Source: an archaeon GW2011_AR10 (GTDB taxonomy: Archaea; Iainarchaeota; Iainarchaeia; Iainarchaeales; GW2011-AR10). From it: a DNA stretch of 64,000 bases. The stretch is from contig CP010424.1 of NCBI GenBank assembly GCA_000830275.1, positions 815,311 through 879,310 of the forward strand, written 5' to 3'. A program made the position numbers and the translations under genes. Shown here in pieces: positions 53,881 through 62,600 of this stretch (position 1 is its first letter; each line of letters begins with the position of its first letter). Below the pieces are notes generated by a model. That model worked only from the letters and a program-made list of their open reading frames with translations, was not told where the DNA came from and ran no database searches.

Positions 53881-56613
53881 CTACCTTACCCTGATTGCTT
53901 TCCTGCGCCTTGACTGCTTGTAGAAGTAGTCTGAAATCAGGATGGAGGCAATTTCAAGCACAACGAATGCAAGAGCAGCATTGAAGCCGAAGAACCTGTC
54001 AACCTGGAATGGCAGAATGAAGAGCAATATTGCAATGCCGATTCTTGTAGCGTCCTCAATTTGTTTCTCGCGCGAGCTCTTCGGCCTTCGCGGGAACAAA
54101 AGAATGCTTTTTGTGTGAGCAAACGCTGCAGCAAGCAGGGAGATAACTACAAGAATCAAGAACAGGACGGGTTGCCTTATTATTGAGCCGAACAATAGTT
54201 CAGTGCCTGCACCGGCGCCAACAAACACTGATTCAAAGAAGCCGGTTGCAAGGAAGCTTGCCTCAAAAACAGTGAAGCCCTTCCTTGTGACAATCAGCTT
54301 ATGGCTCCCTGCTACAAGTGCCCTAAACTCCCCTCTGCCTAAATCGCTTAATTCAATTCTCTGCCTTTCACCGTTTGGAAGCTCTACCTCAACTATTATG
54401 TCGGAGGGAATCTGGCCGTCCTCTGTTTGAACGATTATTGGGAGGGTTTCCCCAACAGCAATTATTTCCTTGAAGTCAGGCAACACGATTCTTGCAACTG
54501 AAAAAGCCCCCTGGAATGGGTCAAACTCTTCCTTGGAAACATCCACAAGGTAAGCGCCGGGCTCTATTAAATCAAAAATTATGAAGCCGCCTGCATTAGT
54601 GTCAAATTCTCTTACCGTTCCGGAAGGGAATGTAAGTGAAACATTTGCGTTTGCAACAGGCTTTCCGAGCCTGTCGAAAACTCTCAGGTGCCTTGTGTCG
54701 CCTAGGAAGTCAGCATCATTGTAATTGAATATCACGTTGAACTGGTTAAAGCCTATTACAAGGCTCTGCAATGCCTCATTGTTTAACTCGTTTAGTTCCG
54801 GCACAGAATTGGATGGGTCAATTACGAGCTTCAATTCGTTTACTCCGAAGAAATCGTTTGTGTCCTCAACAGAAAAATAGATTTCAGCTGAGCCATCGGT
54901 TTCAAGCCCTGCAATTGTTACTGAGTCAACCAGCTGGTTGTTCAAAAGCAGGACAACATCAAAAGAGGCGGCATTGGAAACGCCTGCATTCTTTACTGTT
55001 GCACTGACATTCAAGGGCTTTCCGACAACAGAAAACGAGGGAATGTTTTTTTGAGTGAAAATCAACTCTGAAAGAAGCACGCAGTCCTCGTCAATCAAAT
55101 CGTCATTGTCGTCATCCTTGAAATTACCGCAGATTTCAACGCACTTTATTCTGTGCGGTGGAATAACAGCATACCACGCATCAGTATATACCCTTGAACT
55201 GTTTCCTAAACCATCATAAGCATAAGTGTTTGAGTAAAAGAAAACCTCTCCTGAAACAGGGCCAATTGTGCCGGTAAACTTTTCCCCGCTCTTTGACAGG
55301 AAAACAGTTTCATCTTTAGAGGTTCTTCCAAAGCGGTAAAACACTTTAGCTGTTTCAACTGTAGCTCCCTCAACAGGGGTTAGCTCAACATCAATAAAGA
55401 AAGCAGAATAATTGTCATTAGGCCTTGCCTCAAACTCCACGCTTTCAATCAGCTTAACTTTTTGGCTGGGAAGCGGGGGCCTGAATGCCTCGTCCTCGTC
55501 AACAGGCAAAAAGAACTGCAGGTTAACAATGCTGCCGTCAATGTCCATAAAATTGTAGTACACTGTGTCTGCATCAGAAAATGAAGCATTCAGGGTTTGC
55601 CCCTGCTTTACATTGGTGAAACTGAACTGCTGTGAGGAAGAGCCCCTTACAACAAAAACGTCAACAAACCCAATGCTGTCATCATTGTCATACACGCTTG
55701 TTGCAACAAGCTGGCCGCTCTGGTTAACAATTTTAATCCATGAAAACTGGCTGCTTCCCTGCAGCAGAATCACTGGTGCATTTCCCTCATTTGCCAAATT
55801 AATTGTTTCGCTAATTTCTTCGTTGATTATTGCTGAATCAAATGATGCTGCTTCAAACTGGATTGTTGGAGTCTCTGTCACAGTTGATGGGGCAGCTGAA
55901 GCAGGAACCCCGATTAAGGCGCAGGCTGCAACATCAGACGCAATTAAATGGTAAACTGTTGAGCCAAAGCCGGAGGTAACTTTTTTCCCAGAAGAATTGT
56001 AAACTGTTATGCCACTGTAAGGGTAAATTTTTCCGGTGAACGGCCCGGCTGTTGCAGTGAAAGTGTCGCCGTTTTTAATCATCGGGACACTTGTTCTTGT
56101 TCCGCTTTTAGTGAAACTGTAAAAAAACACTGCCCTTTCAGCTGAAAAAGCGGAATTAATGTCAGCTGAAACATCAAGATAAAAGCTTCTGTTCCCCTCG
56201 GCAAGCCTTGGAGTGATTGTTTTGCCCAAAAACACTTTCGGCTTTGGCTGCACTGGAGTAGGCTCTTCCGGGGGCTGCGGGTTCAGAACAAAAATGAAGT
56301 ACTGCAGGTTAACAATTGCCCCGTCATTGTCCATAAAATTGTAGTAAATGCTTGAATCAGAAGAAAATGCAACATCAAACACTGTTCCTTCTTCAACTCC
56401 TGAAAACTGGTAACGGTTAACTGAGCCGGAAGAAGCAATAAAAATGTCCACCAAACCAATGCTGCCGTCATCATCAAACACGTTTGTGGCCACAAGTTCT
56501 GGGCCCTGAACTTCAATCTGAATCTGTGAAAATTCTTGTGCATGCGCTGCACTAGGCAAAACCAAGGCCAAAAGCACTGCAATCAAAGCATGTTTTATTG
56601 ATTCTCTGTCCAT
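53881..56613 (-). CDS. Large secreted/membrane surface protein (about 910 aa) with CARDB-like domains, a Cys-x-DDDNDDLIDEDC acidic metal-binding-like motif and a C-terminal multi-TM region.
   Basis: Start moved to the ATG (MDRESIKHALIAVLLALVLPSAAHA, a signal peptide). Overlaps the stop of the upstream giant gene by 19 nt. Several hydrophobic helices in the C-terminal 120 aa. Confidence 0.6.
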   Translation of the reverse strand: MDRESIKHALIAVLLALVLPSAAHAQEFSQIQIEVQGPELVATNVFDDDGSIGLVDIFIASSGSVNRYQFSGVEEGTVFDVAFSSDSSIYYNFMDNDGAIVNLQYFIFVLNPQPPEEPTPVQPKPKVFLGKTITPRLAEGNRSFYLDVSADINSAFSAERAVFFYSFTKSGTRTSVPMIKNGDTFTATAGPFTGKIYPYSGITVYNSSGKKVTSGFGSTVYHLIASDVAACALIGVPASAAPSTVTETPTIQFEAASFDSAIINEEISETINLANEGNAPVILLQGSSQFSWIKIVNQSGQLVATSVYDNDDSIGFVDVFVVRGSSSQQFSFTNVKQGQTLNASFSDADTVYYNFMDIDGSIVNLQFFLPVDEDEAFRPPLPSQKVKLIESVEFEARPNDNYSAFFIDVELTPVEGATVETAKVFYRFGRTSKDETVFLSKSGEKFTGTIGPVSGEVFFYSNTYAYDGLGNSSRVYTDAWYAVIPPHRIKCVEICGNFKDDDNDDLIDEDCVLLSELIFTQKNIPSFSVVGKPLNVSATVKNAGVSNAASFDVVLLLNNQLVDSVTIAGLETDGSAEIYFSVEDTNDFFGVNELKLVIDPSNSVPELNELNNEALQSLVIGFNQFNVIFNYNDADFLGDTRHLRVFDRLGKPVANANVSLTFPSGTVREFDTNAGGFIIFDLIEPGAYLVDVSKEEFDPFQGAFSVARIVLPDFKEIIAVGETLPIIVQTEDGQIPSDIIVEVELPNGERQRIELSDLGRGEFRALVAGSHKLIVTRKGFTVFEASFLATGFFESVFVGAGAGTELLFGSIIRQPVLFLILVVISLLAAAFAHTKSILLFPRRPKSSREKQIEDATRIGIAILLFILPFQVDRFFGFNAALAFVVLEIASILISDYFYKQSRRRKAIRVR

Positions 56614-59600
56614 ATCGTCCACCAAATCAAGCTCAAGGAATTTATTCTCTCGTAATGCATTCTCCTGATAAAGCTTGGCTCAGTCCACCACTTAACTCCG
56701 ACATCGTTTACTTGCCCGTAAGCAGGAACAAGGCCCCTTTCAATGACATCAAATTCATGCACTGAGTAAAGCGAATTGTTCCTGTCAATCCTGAGGTTGT
56801 TAGTTGAAAGGCTCGACAAATTGGATGAAAGCTTGCTCGTTAACAGCACTTCATCTTCCCTGAACTCGCTTAAAGAAATCAGCTGCAGCACTGATAGGTT
56901 GGCTCCGGCAACAGAATACTTGTAAGTGTTGTTTTGCCCTGATGCTGTTGAATTCCAGATGCTAACCCACAATGGCTCGTTCTGCAGGAACTCATCGTAA
57001 GAGTAAAACAGTGCCGGATCAACAACATAAGTTATTGAAAGAATTTCATTGTTGGATTCGTTGCTTTCAGGCACTTCATCAAGCGGGTCAACTACAACCC
57101 TTACTTCATTTTCCCCTTCAAATGCTGCTGAGTCAACGGAGAAGATAAATGCAGCGTTGGAGTCAATTGCCAGCGCTTCAAACTGCCCGGAATCAACCAG
57201 TTCATTGTTGAAATAAAGCGATAATGTGAATGGGGTTGAAGCGTTATCTCCCGGGTTTTTCACCATTCCTGAAACCATAATGTTTTCGCCGCTGAAAACA
57301 GATGACGGAATGTCCACATTTTCCAGTGTTAGGTCAGACAAAAGCAGCTCGATGAATATTTCTTCAACGTTGTCTGCCTCATTCACTTCACTAATGTCTC
57401 CCTCCGAGTCAACGAATACATAGAAGTTTGTTGCCTCCTGGAAATAAGCAGCAATTCCTTCCTCTTTCTCTGCAAGCCTGAATACTGTGCCTATTGGCGC
57501 CTCCCAAACAAACTGCAGGGTTAGCTCGCCGTCCTTGGAAACCGCATCAATAAAGGTTACTGCAACACCGTTCCCTGAAAGCGCGTCCTTGAAGAACTCA
57601 ACGTAGAAGTCCTCTGACTTTGCGTAATCTGACTTAACTATAACAGTGAACTCAACGCTGATCAAGTCCGTTCCAACGTAGGTTGGAGAGCCAATTTCAA
57701 TTGATTTAATGTAAAGGTTCGGCAGGTTGCAGCCCTCATCAACCAGGCCATCGCCGTCATCGTCAGCATTGTTGTTGCAGATTTCTGGGCCGGCAAAGTA
57801 AATTGAAACCTGCGTTTCGTTGTTGGATTCATTGCTTTCAGCAACCGCGCCTGAATCATCAGCTGTTAACACAAACTCTTTTGTCTGATACAGCCAGCCA
57901 CTCATTTGAGGATTGGAAGAATTGAAAGCAATGTTGAATACAAGGCTTACCGCGTCTCCTGCACCCAAACCGTTAACTGTCTTTGATTCAGAGTACTTGT
58001 CTGGCCCTGTTCCCTTCTCCTTCAACTTAACAGTAAAAGAAGCATCAGTTTCGCCGGCATTATTGTAAACCGTTACAACAACTAAGCCAGTTGAACCATC
58101 ATTAATTACTGAGGAAGCACTGGCCGAAATCGTTAAATCTGGAACTGACTCGCATGGAATGCTGCAGCATGCATCCGAATCAGTTGCACTCAAAAGCGTG
58201 CCCGAGCAGGTTTCAAAGGCACTGCAAATGAAACCATTCTGCTCTGCACAGGTCTGGATAGGCAAGGAACAGTCAGCCGGGCAAGTGGAAGTGGTTTCAC
58301 TTCCAGTGCACTGGCCGTCGCCGCAAACATCCGCTGGCGGGCAAACACCGCAGTCAGCGGAGCAAGTTGAACAGTCTTCTCCTGTTTCACATGAGGCATT
58401 TCCGCAGACAGGCCCTGCAGGAGCACAGTCGCTTGGACAGTTGTTTTTGTTCTCTCCCGCCTCACAGGAACCATTGCCGCAGACAGGGCCACCGCCGCCT
58501 CCTGTCTTCCTGAAGGTAACGCTGGCTTCAGAGCCATTGTAGTCAAGGTTGTCTGTTGCCCAAACATAAATTGTGTGGTTGCCGTTGCTGTAGCCGCTAA
58601 ACACGTAGCTTGTGTTGGTTGAATTGTTTATTGTTGCGCCGGAATCAAGCCTTAACCAGTATGTTTTCACTCCTGAGCCAGTGCCATCGCTTCCAGTGTA
58701 CTGCACTGTAATGCTTGAAGATGTTGTGTCAGAACCACTTGTTGGGGAAGAAATTGTTACGGTTGGAGCAGTTGAATCATAAACTGTTGAGTCATTAACA
58801 GTGCTTGATTCGTTGCCTTCAGAGTCCTTCACTTTTACATAAACTGTTTTTGTTCCATCGCCGGTTGAGCATCCAGCTCCTGTTGTAATGTCAAAGCTCG
58901 AGTAGGTTGAAACAAAGGCAATCCAGCTGCCAAATGTTGAATTGTTGCAGCTGAAAGCCATGTGAGAGGCATCACTTCCAGCGGAAATTGTAAGGGTTGG
59001 AGTTGAATCATTTGTGTAGCCAGAAGTATCAGTAATTGCAATTGAACTTAAGCTCGGGGCATTAGTGTCTTGGCCTAACCCCCACTGCGACAAGTGGTTC
59101 AAGTCAGCTGTAACCTTTAGAGTGGTCAAGTTAACGGTTGACGGATACTTCACCCACTCTCCAGCATTAGTATCATAGAAGTACATTGAAACCTTGTTTA
59201 TGTCGGAAGCAGTGCAGCCATACAACGGAGCACTCCCTAAAGCATTATAGCAGTTCAGGGCAGCAACATTAATGTCAAGGGTCAAACTTGGCTTTGTTGC
59301 ACCGAACGAAGTGCTGCTCGGCAATTCAATGTCATAAGCTTCAAGCATTGTTCCGCGGGTGAAAGGCCTGTAGTTTGTGTTTGCATCAATTGTGATATTG
59401 TTGTCTGCTCCAAACAATCCTGAAGGAAAAGTGAAGTTAAAGTCTCCCCAAGCACTGGATATCTGCTGGTTAATTCCTCTTCCATCAGTTGGCACCTTGA
59501 AAGGGCTCTGCGTGTCAACAAAGCACTGAATGGCAGTGGAATCGGCATAGTTTCCTAAAGCATCATAGGTTCTAACCTTGTAGAAGTAAACACCATCAGT

Positions 59601-62600
59601 TGAGCCAGAGTCAGCTCCAAACTTGCTGCTGCCAGTCAAGTAGTCGGAGCTCGGGGCATCAACGCAGCCGTTAATGCACACAAAGCTGGAGCCGAACTTC
59701 TGCTTGCAGAACTGGTTTTCCAAAGTGTCTGGGCAGTTCTCTCCCGGAGAGCAGATGCTGTCACCGCAAACAATAGTTACAGAGGTTACCTGCCTGCAAC
59801 CTGTTTGGCTTGTTTCCGGGTTGCCGCAAACATAGTTGTTTCCATAGTTGCCGTTGCCTGAAGTGCTTGATGCGCGGCAAGCAGCATTGTCATAAGAGCA
59901 AAACTCGCCTTGCCCGCAAAAATTGTCACCGCATTTCAAGCAATCATTCTTGCAGCTGGTGTTGTCTTCGGTTGACTCACAAACCCCGTCATTGTCACAA
60001 GTGCTTCCCACAACACCATCGCAGTCCTGCGGGCAAGTAGAAACTGTTTCGGTTCCACTGCACCAGCCGTCAACATAGCAGCCGGAACCGCTTCCGCTTG
60101 CAAAGCTCTGGCAGTCAGCGGAACAGCTCTGCGGGTTTTCATTGTAATTGCACGTGCCATTGCTGTTGCAGACACAGTCAATGCCTGCTGCCTCAAACCA
60201 CTCGCAGAACCCATCACTTGTTGGAATGTTTGCTTGAGAACAATCAGCAGCACAATTGGTGGAGGTTTCACCAAAATTGCATATTCCGTTGCCGCAAATG
60301 CTGGAGTCCGGGCTTGATGAGCCGCCCTGAGCATAGTAGCCTTCTGTTTTCTGCACGCAGCCATTAACGCACCAGTAAGCTCCTGAAGTGTTATACCTTG
60401 CATCGCAGGCAGAGTCATCAGCTGCACAGTTTTCTCCAACAGAGCAAACACTGTCACCGCAGGTAATTGAAACAGAGCCGCTTGTTGCCTGGCAGCCGTT
60501 GCTGCAGCTGTAACCTTTAGGGCAGTCAAAGCTGTCTTCCGGGCAGAACTCTCCTTGAGTGCACCAGCCATCACCACAATTGCCGGTGAAACCATAGCTT
60601 GAATAAAAGCTGGTTGTGTCGAAGGCATAGCTTGTGTAAGAATAGTTAAAGTAGTTGTCATCAGCATTATTCTGTTCGTTCAAAGTATTGTAGTTTGTTC
60701 CATCGACTGAAACCATTATCTCGTAGTGGTGTAATCCAGCATTGCTTGAGGGAGCAGTCCACTGCAAGTCAATGTTGGTGCCGTCAACAACGCTTGGGCA
60801 GGCACTTAGGGTAACAGGCTGAATTGAAGCTTCCTGCAAAACATACTCTGTTTTTGGAATTTCATTGTTGCCGGCTCCGGAAACAGAGTAGAATTGTATG
60901 GCAAAGTTTCCGTCCTTCGAGAAAAGGAAGTTAACATCAAACACGTTGAAGTCAACCCCTGCTGTGCCGGTGTAAAAGCCGTCAGTTGCATAAGTTGTTG
61001 GGTTGAATGAAATTGTGCTTGCTGGATTGGAGTCAAGCCTGAACCTTGTTGCACCTGAAGGACAACCGCTTCCTCCAGGAGGAGAGTAGTGAATCTTGAA
61101 ATCATACAATGACATTGTGTAGAAAGAGCCACTCGCAGTTGACCTGTCCTGGAAGCGCACATTGAACTGGATGTACTGGTTTTCTGTGCCTATGGGGGAG
61201 TTAAATGAAGTGGTTTCGCTTGACCAAGAACCCCAACTGCTTCCATTGCTTGAAGTCCTGTATTTCACGAAAATGTCTTTGCCCTCAAAAGGATACTTCT
61301 GCGCATAATAATCGTAGCCGCTCCAGTTGACGGATGAGCCAGCATTGACAGTAATTGTAAGGTTAGCGTCCCTAATTCCGCTCTTCAATTGCACATTGCT
61401 GTTTATTACTTCAAGCTGGGCGGAATTGAAGTTGATTGTAACGCCTGATGGAGGGGTTGTTGTCCAGTGCGCCTGAGTGTAAATCAACACACTAGTGAAG
61501 GCTGATGTGCCTGTGCTGCAGGTAAAGTGAACGTTTGCATCCGTTTTCTGCCAGAACTTGTTGATATCGGATTGAGTGAAAGGAGCTACATTCTCGTTAA
61601 TGTAAGTGTCCGAAACAACCCCTGAGTAGAACTCTCCATCATATGCAACGCATTTAACTGTAGCAGTTCCTTCAGTGTTGAGGCCCTGCCCAACACAGTT
61701 GGCTCCAGCATAACCAGCAGAAGAAATTCCGGTTCGAGAACAAAATGATGCAGCGCCTGCAATCTGGGCTCCACTATCAAATGGAGGAGTGTCAGAGCAG
61801 TAAAAGTTCAGGTTGTCATTGTCTGGATCAGTTAAGCCTGCTGCAGTAACCTTAATGTCTTTATTGAGGCTTGCTGAGGAAACATTCAGGTCAATTGAAG
61901 TAATTGAAGGAGCAGCATTCCAGCTTGTTGTGAAGGAAACATCCAAATTGTTTGCGGAAGAGTTGCCGTTGCCTACCCCATCAACACAGGAAACATACCT
62001 GTTGATTGCCTGGCCGTTTGTGCTGATTCCTGTGAAGTCGCACCTCCACTGGCTTGTTCCGGAATTGAAAGAGCAGGCAGTGCCTGTTCCTACTGAATAA
62101 TTCACATCAGTGGCATACCACCTGCAAGCTGAAACAGTTGAGCCTGCATCTGAAGCAGTAAACAAGAGGTTTGCATCACTGTCGTTGATTGTGTCAGCGT
62201 AAGGAGCAGTTGTGTCGCCTTCAATGCTGACAATGCTGAAAGAGCCGGGAGCAGTTGCATCACAGGTGAAGGAACCGCTAATGTAGTTTGCTGCAGCAGC
62301 CTCATTCAAGGAATCGAAGAGGAAAACATACCAGTTATGGCTGTCATTGTCACCTGCTTTGGAGTACTGGCAGGTTGGGTTGCTGCTTGAAGAAGTGTCA
62401 GAACATAAGCCGTTGCCGACAGAGCAGCCGGAAGAGGTTGCATCAGTTGCCTTGCAGGCATAAAACTTTAGGGTTTGCGAGTCAGCATCGGAGGCAGTGC
62501 TAGTGAACTTAATGTCTGCCGGGCATTTGATTGTGCCGGAAACGTTTTCATCAGCTGCTGTCAGGACAGGCAAGCGGTTAATGTTAATTGTTTTGCTAGC